Source of the DNA: a virus
Taxonomy: Duplodnaviria; Caudoviricetes
IMG/VR virus record: IMGVR_UViG_2940244548_000002
Span: 32,001 to 96,000 of that record
DNA length: 64,000 bases
Strand: one strand, 5' to 3'
The notes beneath the pieces were generated by a model. The model was given only the letters and a program-made list of their open reading frames with translations. It did not search any database and was not told the DNA's origin. The position numbers and the translations under genes were made by a program. Numbering within the stretch: the first letter of the stretch is position 1; each line of letters opens with the position of its first letter. This document shows positions 9,801 through 19,516 of this stretch, piece after piece.

Positions 9801-12133
9801 ACCTCGCTAACATTGAAAAAGAGCAGAAAGATCTGGAGAAAGCAAGGAAAGAGGCAGGAGCTGGAGGGCTTAGCGATGATGATAAAAAAGATATTGCCGA
9901 ACGCAAAGAGTTAGAGAATAAAAGCTATGCCAAAGCTGAGAACTCTCTATTTGATGGAGAAATTGAGTACAAAAAGAAACAGTATGAGCTTTATTTCCGA
10001 TGGGTTAAGAATTTAGGCAAAGATGTGGCAGATAAGCAATTTTCTGAGCTGTTAAAAGACGGTAATTCATACAAGGAGTATATTGATAAGAAAATTCAGG
10101 AGCTTAGCCAAAAGAAAGCAGCTGGCACGATCACAGAGGGAGAGGGAAATCATTTGATTGCTCTTAATATGCAATACGATGAGATTACTGGAGCTAAGAC
10201 TGCAATGGATTCATTCAAAGAGAGTGTAACTCGTGCGATCTCACAAGCATCCACTCTGGCTGAAAAGATAGAGGCTATTGCAAATGCTAAGGAAAAGCTG
10301 GCAGCTGGAGGAAATGGTTTAGTTGGTGAAGATGAGCACGCTGAGGCTTCGCTTTTTGTCTCGAATGCTGAGGATGATGTAAATAAAGAGCTGGAGGATA
10401 AGATACTTAATGACTTCCAAACATTTGAGGAGGCAAAGCTGGCTATCCAGGATGAATATGCCCTATTGAGGAGAGTTGCCATGGAGCAAAATAACGCTGA
10501 ACTCCTGGCTCAGATCAATAAAGGAGAGGCTGAGGCTCTTTCTGCTCTCAATGCTCAGATGTTGATGCAAACAGATAGCTGGAATAACTTATTCACTGAT
10601 TTGGATGCTCTAACCATTGAGCAGATAGATAAGCTGGTTACTGAGATACAGGAGAAAATGAACACAGCAGATCTCGATCTAAACCCTGCTGATCTAAAAG
10701 CCGTGTTGGATCGCTTGGATGAGGCAAAGCAAAGGATCCTTGATGTAAATCCGTTTAAGGCTCTCGGAAAAGCTATCGGTGATGTTTTCAAAAAGACTGG
10801 ACAGGGATCCAAAAAAGAAACTGGTGAGATCAAAAGAGACTGGAGTAACCTGGCTAAAGCTACACAGGGTACATTTGACTTTGTAAATGATGCCATTGAT
10901 AGTTGTGATGTTCTTGGAGATCTTATCGGTGATACAGGCAAAGAGACTATAGCTATGGTTCAAGGTATCGCTATGGCTGGTATTGCTATGGCTACTGCTA
11001 TTTCAACAGCAGAAAAAGGATCTGTTATCCTAACAGCTATCTCTATTGCCCTACAAGCTATCCAGTGGATTGCAAGCCTATTCAACAATGATAATAAACT
11101 GGAGGAGAGGATCCAGAATATACAGAAAAACATTGATGCTCTGGAAAATTCATTTGATCGGCTCCAGCACGCTGTTGATCAAACCTATTGGATCTATAGT
11201 GAGGAGGAGAAAACAGCCCATGATAATAGGATTCAGGCTATCAATGAGGAGATAGCAGCTTTGGAAAAACAGGCTATTGTAGCTGTTCAGAGCTGGAACT
11301 TTGTGAAATATGCCGAACTTACTAAGCAGATTAAAGAGCTGAAATATGCCCTGGAGAAAGAGGAAAACAAGGGAGATATGTTCCAGCTGTATGATTTGCA
11401 ACGAAAGAACTTAGAGGAACAGCAACGGCTCATAGAGCAACAGATCCAGGCTGAGAAAGAAAAGAAAAAAACAGACTGGGATAAGATCGCTGGATGGGAG
11501 GAGGCTATCAAAGATATAGATACCCAGCTGGAGGATCTGGAGCGTGAAATGCTGATAACCTTAGCAGGTACCGATATAAAGAGTGCCATTGATGAGTTTG
11601 CCGATGCCCTGGTAGATGCTTATGTAAAGGGAGAGGATGCAGCAAAGGCTTTGGGAGAGGTTACTAAGGATGTGATGAAAAAGGCTGTTGTTGAAGCGAT
11701 AAAAAAGCAATTCCTGGCTAAGGCTATCAATGATGCTGTTCTTTATCTTGGTGAATCTATGAAAGATGGAAAGCTGGATGATTCAGAGAGGGCGAAATTT
11801 GAGAGCATGGTAAATGCTGCTGGTGAGGCTACCTCAAAAGCATTAGAGGCAGTCGGTGATTGGATTAAGGATCTGGAGGATGATGTTACAGAGGATCCTC
11901 TTACAGGTGCTGTGAGATCTCTAAGTGAGGAGACAGGTGGAGTGATAGCTGGTAGGCTGAATGCGTTTGTGATCAATCAATCGGATCAGACTGCAATAAT
12001 GAGGCAGAGCTTACTCTATCAGCAAGAAATAGCAATGAACACCAGGTATAACAAACACCTGGAGGGAATACTGGAAGCTCTAAAGAGAATGGAAACTAAG
12101 GACAACTCATTATTATCACAAGGAATATCATAA
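6815..12133 (+). CDS. Tape measure protein
   Basis: 1772 aa, Ala-rich and helical, N-terminal tape-measure domain. Confidence 0.92.
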   Translation: MSEFIDGALAFRATLDIDDFDVSAESMERHIQRVSTTAVQEAEKMDNAFSKAAAAFIGIVGVNQAAGFVKNMIQVRSEMQNVEASFKVFLGSAEKAEAFFDRLNRYAYNNVFEFADLSKSAAQLLAFRTDVEDVIPTINKLSEIAAGTNVPLSEMVSLFNKAKANDKLLSVDIQMWESRGVPLVYEMANAMNKGEDEIRAMVSAGKIGFKELNDVIDKVTTNGGMFAGMMVEKMKTLGDSIGLLQDNITNMFNSLGEANHGILKAGIDSASYLVEHYEEVGRILGSLVTAYGTYKAAVIATSLATKGNTGVSIIDNTVKSVKLTLLKMEETATGKTAAQIAAMTKAEVAHTAALEAKLTAEEKSNLVKSIRIATIQGLLTAQQQEYLSNLGITTSSQNYEAVAMSVLSVEQRMALSKIDLSSKSSIYRAALESEVAAKTRGTAATLEAMRTDVRAAAVRVESAKQTAIATMQATEAARYEVYWAKQSGDATRIATAEKKFEAAVENQSLARKAALSSQTDFYTKKKQLEAAATKQATVAGIADTTSKGAQSAATSLLTTITTKCTAALKTLWASMMTNPIGWIIGIVGALVSVFTLFKNKQDETNDAMGEFQETTKKEIDNLNLLMAVLRNTEKGTNAHKQALDKVNAILKEYNKELITESTTVEGLKDKYDELTESINASAAARVKAKYIEKIQQEQTETQEDAKKDLRKSGNKLKTYVDNPYGEYGYWESVQSIRKMNEAVYDQIEIMAIESANKLKNLTGDAYTQGFNKSLQNISNSVKAASGASDKDMQVFSTHLRKYLSAIVESEKDVESKTNDLIASMEAFANAGGSEPEITKTVDYAVMSFSELDKLVKETQTEIDEINAKEIKIDTDNTRLTELLGILSQVKQTIDGKEDNLNTEAGISARIKQLKEERENVEINGKKYNELTQKINSLQSRIPDNSKNAGENAIKKQEQLADKQLQADFRLEQARIEIMEEGYAKRKAQLDLQHRMNLANIEKEQKDLEKARKEAGAGGLSDDDKKDIAERKELENKSYAKAENSLFDGEIEYKKKQYELYFRWVKNLGKDVADKQFSELLKDGNSYKEYIDKKIQELSQKKAAGTITEGEGNHLIALNMQYDEITGAKTAMDSFKESVTRAISQASTLAEKIEAIANAKEKLAAGGNGLVGEDEHAEASLFVSNAEDDVNKELEDKILNDFQTFEEAKLAIQDEYALLRRVAMEQNNAELLAQINKGEAEALSALNAQMLMQTDSWNNLFTDLDALTIEQIDKLVTEIQEKMNTADLDLNPADLKAVLDRLDEAKQRILDVNPFKALGKAIGDVFKKTGQGSKKETGEIKRDWSNLAKATQGTFDFVNDAIDSCDVLGDLIGDTGKETIAMVQGIAMAGIAMATAISTAEKGSVILTAISIALQAIQWIASLFNNDNKLEERIQNIQKNIDALENSFDRLQHAVDQTYWIYSEEEKTAHDNRIQAINEEIAALEKQAIVAVQSWNFVKYAELTKQIKELKYALEKEENKGDMFQLYDLQRKNLEEQQRLIEQQIQAEKEKKKTDWDKIAGWEEAIKDIDTQLEDLEREMLITLAGTDIKSAIDEFADALVDAYVKGEDAAKALGEVTKDVMKKAVVEAIKKQFLAKAINDAVLYLGESMKDGKLDDSERAKFESMVNAAGEATSKALEAVGDWIKDLEDDVTEDPLTGAVRSLSEETGGVIAGRLNAFVINQSDQTAIMRQSLLYQQEIAMNTRYNKHLEGILEALKRMETKDNSLLSQGIS

Positions 12134-12642
12134 TGGAACTGGCAGACAAATTAAAACAAGATGGTGAAGTGAAAGGACTTTGTAGGCTCTGGAGAGGTAG
12201 GCTTAAACCAGGTATGAGCATAGAGAGCATGGTAAAGCTCTTTATTCGTGGGATAGACTTCTGTATATCGGAGGATTTTCCCACTCTGGAGTTTATACGA
12301 GTTAATTTCAAGGGTAAATGTGAGCAATATGGAGCATTTGTCGATGATGAGGTGAACGGTCGTAAAAACGCACCTGATACGGTTCTTAACGGTAATTGTA
12401 AGGCTATGATGGAATATGATGGCTTTACCGTTTCCAGGATCTTTATCAGGCATAATAGCCAGGCAGCTGTGATCGCTTCTGATAATGCCATGGTTACTAT
12501 TGATGCTTTTGATAACTCCAATTTAGCTGTGGCAACGGCTGGAAATAGCTCTCAGATATTTGTAAATCTGTATGGAAATGCTCAGGTTGAATGTATCGGT
12601 GAGAACATCCAGGTTAAGAAAATGAATAAAGAAACATATTAA
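12133..12642 (+). CDS. Hypothetical tail-region protein
   Basis: Translationally coupled to TMP; beta-repeat-like C-terminus. Confidence 0.6.
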   Translation: MELADKLKQDGEVKGLCRLWRGRLKPGMSIESMVKLFIRGIDFCISEDFPTLEFIRVNFKGKCEQYGAFVDDEVNGRKNAPDTVLNGNCKAMMEYDGFTVSRIFIRHNSQAAVIASDNAMVTIDAFDNSNLAVATAGNSSQIFVNLYGNAQVECIGENIQVKKMNKETY

Positions 12643-12653
12643 AAATAAACAGT

Positions 12654-13844
12654 ATGACAGTTGTTGATAAGAACTTAATTTTATACCTGCCTTTTGATGA
12701 TCCAGATGGCAGTATAGCGTATGACTACTCAATGAGTAGAGCTGATGGTACTCTTTCAGGTGGAGCTTTCTTTTCAAAACAAGCTAAGATCGCCAAATCT
12801 TTAGACCTAAATGGGAAAGGTGAATGTGTAACATCAAAGGTAATACCATTCAGTTCCGATTTTACCCTTTCTTTTTATTTGAAATCTACAACTAAAAAGG
12901 TAGGATGGCTTTTGAATTTTCCTGGTATAGATAATTTCCTGGAGCAATGGCTGGATGTGGTACCTGAGCGTTTTTACTTTTTTGCTTTTGTCAAAAGCGG
13001 AAACCTGTTTACTGTGTATCAGAATGGCAATGAGGTTTACAGAGGAACACTGGCAGCAACTCCTGTGGGGTTCTCTATCAATGACTGCAATCTCTCTGGT
13101 AGTTATGCCTGTATTGATGAGCTACAGCTATTCAATGTGGCTAAAACTCCTGTGGAGATCCTTAAAATGCAAAGTGATACTGATGTAGAGTATTACATAG
13201 ATGGGAAAAACTTTAAGGAGTTCGGAGTTTATGTATCGGCTTCAAACGGATTAGTTGGTAGGCTTGGCAGGAAAGAATCTCTTACTGTTGATTGGGATAA
13301 TTACCATGGTATTGTGAGAGACAAAAAACGTCCTCGATACAAAGAGAGAAATATTACTCTGGATTGTTTTATTGAGGCTTCCAGTAGATCCGCTTATGTT
13401 GAGTGGGTGAATCTATTTATGGCTCAATTCGACAAAGAGGGAACTCAACGCCTCACTATTGAATACGATGGAAAAACAAAACCTTTAGTATATGAGGTTA
13501 TTTCTATGGATGATGTGGATCCAGCGAAAAAGTGGGGAACTTACAACGATAACCTAATGGTGGGCACATTTAAACTCAAACTGATAGAGGATGAGCCAGT
13601 AAAGAAAGTGCTTAGGCATATAGGAGGAACTGCTAACACAAAGGTAGAAATCAATGTTACAAGCTCTAAGTTGTTAAATATTTACTGGGGTGATGGCTCC
13701 CATACATTTGATGTGTCGGGTACAAAAGCCATAGAGCACACCTACTCGGAGCCTGGGATCTATGATATAATCATTACTGGGGTGATTGAGGATATTGAAA
13801 ATTTCTCTACTAATGCGATCATTGTATGGAACAAATTACTCTAA
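12654..13844 (+). CDS. Distal tail protein with N-terminal LamG-like and C-terminal PKD-like domains
   Basis: LYLPFD...DFT...IDELQLF; YYIDGK.F..FGV.V; IYWGDG...HTYSEPG. Confidence 0.65.
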   Translation: MTVVDKNLILYLPFDDPDGSIAYDYSMSRADGTLSGGAFFSKQAKIAKSLDLNGKGECVTSKVIPFSSDFTLSFYLKSTTKKVGWLLNFPGIDNFLEQWLDVVPERFYFFAFVKSGNLFTVYQNGNEVYRGTLAATPVGFSINDCNLSGSYACIDELQLFNVAKTPVEILKMQSDTDVEYYIDGKNFKEFGVYVSASNGLVGRLGRKESLTVDWDNYHGIVRDKKRPRYKERNITLDCFIEASSRSAYVEWVNLFMAQFDKEGTQRLTIEYDGKTKPLVYEVISMDDVDPAKKWGTYNDNLMVGTFKLKLIEDEPVKKVLRHIGGTANTKVEINVTSSKLLNIYWGDGSHTFDVSGTKAIEHTYSEPGIYDIIITGVIEDIENFSTNAIIVWNKLL

Positions 13845-16800
13845 TAAAGCGAAATGGAACAAATGTAAATCTCTTTAGCAAACAGCCATTCTGTACCGTG
13901 TCCAGTGCGGTGCAGAATATTACTTTGATGGGTGATGATAACGTAAAGCTATCTATCAAGTCCACTCAGTTTTTGAGCTTTGCAAAAGGAGATAAGATCC
14001 TTGTTGATGGGCAGGAGTATTCTATTCGCACAAAAGTAAATAGAGAGATCCTGGCTGATAACATATATTCGTATGAGGCTGTTTTTTACGGTGTAATGTA
14101 TGAGCTGATGAAAAGCCAGTACAGAAATACTGATGCAAACGGCAAATCAACCAAATCAACATTTGACCTAACATATTCATTAAAGGATTTTATCAAAGTA
14201 GTTATCTATAATGTGAATCGTGATTATCCTGGTATATGGAGATTCGATGAGGAAAACTGCCCTGATACTGAGCCTAAAACATTGCAATTTTCAAGAAAAA
14301 ACTGCTTGCAAGTCTTACAAACTGCTTGTAAAGAGTGGAAATATGAGTTCAGGATAGTTCAAGAGGATGGCATTCGTACCATTCAGATTGGAAAGTTCGG
14401 CACAAAAATTACACCTCCAGGAGGAAAAGATTTTTTTGAATGGGGTAAAGGGAATGGGTTATTCAAGCTGAAAGAGCAAAAGGTAGATGATAAAAGCATT
14501 ATCACCAGGCTTTGGGTTGAGGGTGGTACACAGAACCTCAGGAGCGACTATAGAGATTACTCGGATAGGCTACAGCTCCCATATCCTAAACGATTGAACC
14601 AAAGAGAACACACGCTATCAGATGGTACTGTTATCCCTCCACTAAGTGAATATATCGGAATTGACAATGATAACGACCGATACATGGAGGATCCCGACCT
14701 GAGAGATACCATAGGTAGCGATGAGGATACTGAGTATTATGATGCAATCTATCCTAAAAGAACAGGTGAGGTTACAGCTCTTGGATCTGATATTTATTCG
14801 TTTGTGGATAACACAATGGACTTTGATCTAAATGAAAAGGATTCGGAGGGCACTAAGTATCTGATAAATGGCGTTACTGCAAAACTAACTTTCATAACAG
14901 GAAAGCTGGCAGGGCAGCAATTTGAGTTAAAGGAAAAGGGAGGTTACAACCATTCTACAAAAACATTCTCTATTATAAAATATACCGATGAGAGGGGTTT
15001 GAGCATCCCTACAGAGGATAGTGAGGCTTTCCGTATAATGGTTGGAGATAAGTATAAGATAACGGATATTAATCTCCCCAAAAGCTATGAGGATAATGCT
15101 GAGGAGGATCTATGGTATGCTGGGTATGATGATTTCAAGGATCGGAAACAGATGCGTGCTCTGTATGTGCTTACCTTTGATCGCTCCTATTTTATAAATA
15201 CTCTACCCTCTGATTCCAGAACCAAAGTATTTGATTGTGGGGATTATGTTCCTGTGAAAGATGAGAGGTTTAATCTGGAGAAAAATATTCGTATTCAGAA
15301 AATGAGCCGTAATCTATTGATAGATCACGACTATACATTAACTCTCTCTGATACCACTACTATATCAATTCAGACACAAACTGTACTGGATGTGATAGAG
15401 CATAACATCATCATTGACAATCATAGGCTGAGGGATCTGAACAAAGCCAGAAGGGGCTGGAGAACCACTGAGGAGCTTAGGAATATGGTGTATGATACTG
15501 ATGGGTACTTTGACGTGGATAATATCAAGCCAAACAGTATAGATACCAATATGCTCACCGTTGGATCAAAATCTCAGCAGTTTGTTCTCATTGATACAAT
15601 TTTACAGGCTAATGTGAATGGCTATCCTAACCGATTTGAGGCTACAGCAGGGATCTTGGCACATCTATCCATAAATGATACGATCATACGACAATGGAAT
15701 ATGTCTGCTGCCAGCGTTACCCTTTCGGAGGCTGGTGGGTATTATGTGTTTGCGAAATGTAGTAAGGATGGCAGCTCTGGAGTATATTATATCACTCAGG
15801 AACAGATCAAGGTTGAGCCAGTTAGCGATCCTAACAACTACTATTTTCAAGTTGGTATTATCGGATCATTGCATCCTGATGATGGCTTTAGAGACTTCAC
15901 AACCACATACGGATTTACCAGGATAAACGGAAATACTATCACTACTGGAAAAATTGTAACTTCTGATGGTGAGTGCTACCTGGATCTGGATGGGAATAAG
16001 TTTAGGATCGGAGATGCTACCAGTTCTATTGATTGGAATGTAACAGCCAGGAACCAGCTCACACTTAAAAATGTGAAGCTACAAAGCGGTTCTGGAGATC
16101 TCTCTGATATTGGTGTGTATAGAGGTGTGTATAATTCAGCATACATCTACTATAGAGGTGATGAGGTAAGCTATACGGTCAATGGTGAAACTTGTACTTA
16201 TCGCTACACTAACCCTACACCAGGTAAAGGGAATCCTCCCACAAACTCTGTTTACTGGTCGGTTGTGGCAAAAGGGCAATCTGGTAAAGATGGAGAAAAC
16301 GGTGTTCCAGGAAAGGATGGTGTTGATGGAAAAACAACATATTTCCATATTAAATATTCAGCAGTAGGAAACCCTACAAGCTCCAGCCAAATGTCTGAGG
16401 TACCTAACACTTACATAGGTACTTATGTGGACTATACAGAGGCTGATAGCAATGATCCTAAAAAATACACATGGGCACGCTTTCAAGGACTGCAAGGAGA
16501 GGATGGTGAGAATGGTATCCCTGGGGTAAATGGTGAGAATGGAGAGACTTCTTATCTACATATAAAGTATAGTGATGATGGAGGCTTAACATTTACGGAC
16601 AATAATGGGGAAACAGCAGGTAGTTGGATAGGTCAATATACCGATTTCAACATAAAGGATAGCGATCTTACAACAGCTTACACCTGGAGCCGAATTAAAG
16701 GAGAGGACGGAACTCCTGGATCCAGCGGTATAGATGGAGTGGATGGAGATTTCTATGAGTACAGATATGCAAAAAATACATCTGAAACCACTCCTCCTGC

Positions 16801-18736
16801 TTTAGATAAGAATGCAGATGTACCTACTGGGTGGAGCTTGAATATGCCCAGTGTATCCGATGGAGAGTACATTTGGAGTATCATATCTAAAAAGTCCAAA
16901 GTCCTGAATAGCTCTTTAATGTATTTGCCTGTTACCGATGCTGATTCGAGAACAATAGCAGATGCTTCTGGGAATGGGAATAATGCTACTCTTTCAGGAT
17001 CAAATGTCGCTGCGATCAGTGATAGTGCCAGAGGGAAAGTGTTGAAGTTTGACGGTGTTAGTAATTGCATTGCTCCCCTGGAGCTTCCATTTGATTCTGA
17101 TTTCACTTTGTGTATCTGGTTAAAGCCAAAATCATCCAAAATCAGCTGGATGGTGAACTGTACCAATGGTAGAGAGTATGTAGAGAATCATATAGAGGTA
17201 ACAGCTAATAAGTGGGTTCATTTTACATTTAGAAAGAATGACAAAACAATAACCGTATTCAAAGATGGTGTTGAAATTAGCCGAAATTCGACTAATAACG
17301 ATCATGTGGGCTTTTCTGTCTATGATGATAATATGTTTGGCACTTTTGCGGAAATGGATGAGATCCGATTGTTCAAAAGTGCTCTTTCAGCTGATCAGAT
17401 AGAATCGGTTAAGGATGGATCCATTACATCCATGATTGAGAAGTGGAGCACACCTGTTAGAGTTAATGCCTGGGATGGTGATTACTTTGAATACAGGTAT
17501 GCTAAGAATGGATCTACGACTACTCCTCCAGCATTGACTGCAACAGCGGTGAATCCCAGCGGATGGAGTACGACTATGCCCACTACTGGAGCACTGGAGT
17601 ATCTTTGGTGTACCGTTGCTAAAAAATCAGCAGCTGGAGCATTAATGCAAAACTGGAGCACACCTGTTCGGATAAAAGGAGCTGATGGGGCAAAAGGTGA
17701 TAAGGGTGATAAGGGAGAAAATCCTGTATTGGTGTTCAGGGGTATCTATGACAGCTCTAAAACTTATTATGGTACAAATAGCCGATTAGATGCTGTAAAA
17801 TACAATGGTCAATATTATATAGCTCGTATTGATGGAGGAACCATAACAGGATCTGGCAAAGCTCCAACAAATACCACCTACTGGAATACATTTGGTGCTG
17901 AATTTGAAACAATAGCCACTAACTTATTGCTTGCTGAGGGTGCAAATATCGGGGATTGGTTTATGTCTGGCGGAAAGATTGTATCTACTCTCTCTGGTAG
18001 CAATAAAATTACCCTGGATGCTTCTATGGCTCGTATTTTTGTGGAATCAGTATCATCTGGAGGAGATCACTCTTTGATAACAGGATTAGGCTCTAAAATA
18101 ACCATAGATGCTAATGGAGGTGTTGTAAGGGTTCAAGCTGCTACCTCTCCTGGTTATTCTACAGGAACTGCCTATATGTCTCCTACTGGCATATTTGCTA
18201 ACCTGGCTGGTACGGATGCTATGCCAGCAAGTTCTGGTTATACTCACCGTGGAGCTATTGTAGGCTTAGGGTTCGCAAATGTGGCAAAAAACGCCTGGGC
18301 TACAAATGTGGTTGATACCATTGTAGCAGGAGTATATGGCAGGGCTTCAAACAATGGCACAGCTCCTGCTTACGGTGGATTCTTTTATGACTTATACGCA
18401 GGTGGTTTAACGCTTGGTAGAAAGGCTATAACAACAGCGAGTACATCCACTTATCTAAATTCCAGCGATACTCTGGTGATAGGATATACATCTAACAGTA
18501 ATCAGATTGTTTATTTACCTACAAGTCCTAAAGAGGGGCAGATTGTGTTTTTCAAACAATGGTGGACTGGCTCAATGCGTGTATATCCACGTACAGGACA
18601 GGTTTTGTATGATGATAGCTCAGAGAATAGCTACTATGATGTTTCTGAGGGTCAAATGATGATAGCTGTATTCACTATTGGTTATGTGAATAGCGTAAAA
18701 AAAGAGGCTTGGTTAGTAAGTAGATTCAAATATTAG
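13826..18736 (+). CDS. Tail tip / host-specificity protein with collagen-like repeats and an inserted LamG domain
   Basis: 1636 aa; ITRLWVEGG, IYPKRTG hub motifs; G-X-Y repeats; duplicated YLHIKYS and EYRYAKN modules. Confidence 0.8.
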   Translation: MEQITLIKRNGTNVNLFSKQPFCTVSSAVQNITLMGDDNVKLSIKSTQFLSFAKGDKILVDGQEYSIRTKVNREILADNIYSYEAVFYGVMYELMKSQYRNTDANGKSTKSTFDLTYSLKDFIKVVIYNVNRDYPGIWRFDEENCPDTEPKTLQFSRKNCLQVLQTACKEWKYEFRIVQEDGIRTIQIGKFGTKITPPGGKDFFEWGKGNGLFKLKEQKVDDKSIITRLWVEGGTQNLRSDYRDYSDRLQLPYPKRLNQREHTLSDGTVIPPLSEYIGIDNDNDRYMEDPDLRDTIGSDEDTEYYDAIYPKRTGEVTALGSDIYSFVDNTMDFDLNEKDSEGTKYLINGVTAKLTFITGKLAGQQFELKEKGGYNHSTKTFSIIKYTDERGLSIPTEDSEAFRIMVGDKYKITDINLPKSYEDNAEEDLWYAGYDDFKDRKQMRALYVLTFDRSYFINTLPSDSRTKVFDCGDYVPVKDERFNLEKNIRIQKMSRNLLIDHDYTLTLSDTTTISIQTQTVLDVIEHNIIIDNHRLRDLNKARRGWRTTEELRNMVYDTDGYFDVDNIKPNSIDTNMLTVGSKSQQFVLIDTILQANVNGYPNRFEATAGILAHLSINDTIIRQWNMSAASVTLSEAGGYYVFAKCSKDGSSGVYYITQEQIKVEPVSDPNNYYFQVGIIGSLHPDDGFRDFTTTYGFTRINGNTITTGKIVTSDGECYLDLDGNKFRIGDATSSIDWNVTARNQLTLKNVKLQSGSGDLSDIGVYRGVYNSAYIYYRGDEVSYTVNGETCTYRYTNPTPGKGNPPTNSVYWSVVAKGQSGKDGENGVPGKDGVDGKTTYFHIKYSAVGNPTSSSQMSEVPNTYIGTYVDYTEADSNDPKKYTWARFQGLQGEDGENGIPGVNGENGETSYLHIKYSDDGGLTFTDNNGETAGSWIGQYTDFNIKDSDLTTAYTWSRIKGEDGTPGSSGIDGVDGDFYEYRYAKNTSETTPPALDKNADVPTGWSLNMPSVSDGEYIWSIISKKSKVLNSSLMYLPVTDADSRTIADASGNGNNATLSGSNVAAISDSARGKVLKFDGVSNCIAPLELPFDSDFTLCIWLKPKSSKISWMVNCTNGREYVENHIEVTANKWVHFTFRKNDKTITVFKDGVEISRNSTNNDHVGFSVYDDNMFGTFAEMDEIRLFKSALSADQIESVKDGSITSMIEKWSTPVRVNAWDGDYFEYRYAKNGSTTTPPALTATAVNPSGWSTTMPTTGALEYLWCTVAKKSAAGALMQNWSTPVRIKGADGAKGDKGDKGENPVLVFRGIYDSSKTYYGTNSRLDAVKYNGQYYIARIDGGTITGSGKAPTNTTYWNTFGAEFETIATNLLLAEGANIGDWFMSGGKIVSTLSGSNKITLDASMARIFVESVSSGGDHSLITGLGSKITIDANGGVVRVQAATSPGYSTGTAYMSPTGIFANLAGTDAMPASSGYTHRGAIVGLGFANVAKNAWATNVVDTIVAGVYGRASNNGTAPAYGGFFYDLYAGGLTLGRKAITTASTSTYLNSSDTLVIGYTSNSNQIVYLPTSPKEGQIVFFKQWWTGSMRVYPRTGQVLYDDSSENSYYDVSEGQMMIAVFTIGYVNSVKKEAWLVSRFKY

Positions 18737-18740
18737 AGAT

Positions 18741-19190
18741 ATGATCGAATACGGATATATGGAAGATGGTTATCTAAGATCAAGGATCTTGGAGCCAGTT
18801 TCGGAAAGATTCATAGATACGGATGGTGAAAGTAAAACCAGGACAATATCTATAGAGGAACAAATTGCGATGTTGTCCGATTTTTGGAAACCTGTGGAGC
18901 TGATAGATGATGAAAAGCTAAAATGTGAGGATGGTTTTATTATTACTCCTATCCCATACGATGCTGGAGATCATATAAGCTACAAGTATCATAAAAAAGC
19001 GGATATGCAAGAGGTAAGGCGTGAAATCTCCCTACTGAAAGAGCAACTATCAAATGGTGATTATAAGATAGTGAAATGCTATGAGGCTAACCTACTTGGT
19101 GAGCAACTGCCTTATGATATGGCTAAACTTCATGCTGAGAGAGATGAGATAAGAAACCGAATAAATGAATTAGAAAAATTATTGCAATGA
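18741..19190 (+). CDS. Tail fibre chaperone-like protein
   Basis: DYKIVKCYE...LHAER..IR..INELE C-terminus. Confidence 0.55.
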   Translation: MIEYGYMEDGYLRSRILEPVSERFIDTDGESKTRTISIEEQIAMLSDFWKPVELIDDEKLKCEDGFIITPIPYDAGDHISYKYHKKADMQEVRREISLLKEQLSNGDYKIVKCYEANLLGEQLPYDMAKLHAERDEIRNRINELEKLLQ

Positions 19191-19420
19191 AATGGATGAA
19201 AGAAAGTAACCGAATGAAGCATTTTTTATATGCTATTCCCTGTAGTTTGTTATTTACATTTTTCTTTTCGGCTGGGCTTGCTGCTGGAATGGAATTTAAA
19301 GACAAAACCTGGGGAGGTAAATGGGATTGGTTGGATCTGACTGCTACCTTAATGGGAGGCTTGGTAGGTCAAATCATACAGATATTGCTTATCTTAATGA
19401 TTAAGCATCTATGTTTTTAA
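19187..19420 (+). CDS. Small membrane protein; similar to 50763..51023
   Basis: HF...G.E.KD....DWLDL..T..GG. Confidence 0.6.
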   Translation: MKWMKESNRMKHFLYAIPCSLLFTFFFSAGLAAGMEFKDKTWGGKWDWLDLTATLMGGLVGQIIQILLILMIKHLCF

Positions 19421-19422
19421 AT

Positions 19423-19461
19423 AAAAGTGTGTTTGTCAGACACATTAAATAGTTATCTTTG
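19423..19461 (+). promoter_or_regulatory. Late promoter of the DGR target gene
   Basis: Second exact copy of the 23-nt box plus TATCTTTG at 19454-19461. Confidence 0.7.
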
Positions 19462-19516
19462 CAGTATTAACTTAGTGAATATAATATGATTTCGTTAAAT
19501 ATAAACAGTTACAGTT

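Noticed and set aside
6815-12133. Many minus-strand ORFs opposite TMP and other long genes
   Set aside because: Antisense shadows of coding genes, Ser/Phe/Leu-rich, no motifs
16270-17720. GGN-rich repeats as DNA-level elements
   Set aside because: Collagen-like G-X-Y coding repeats
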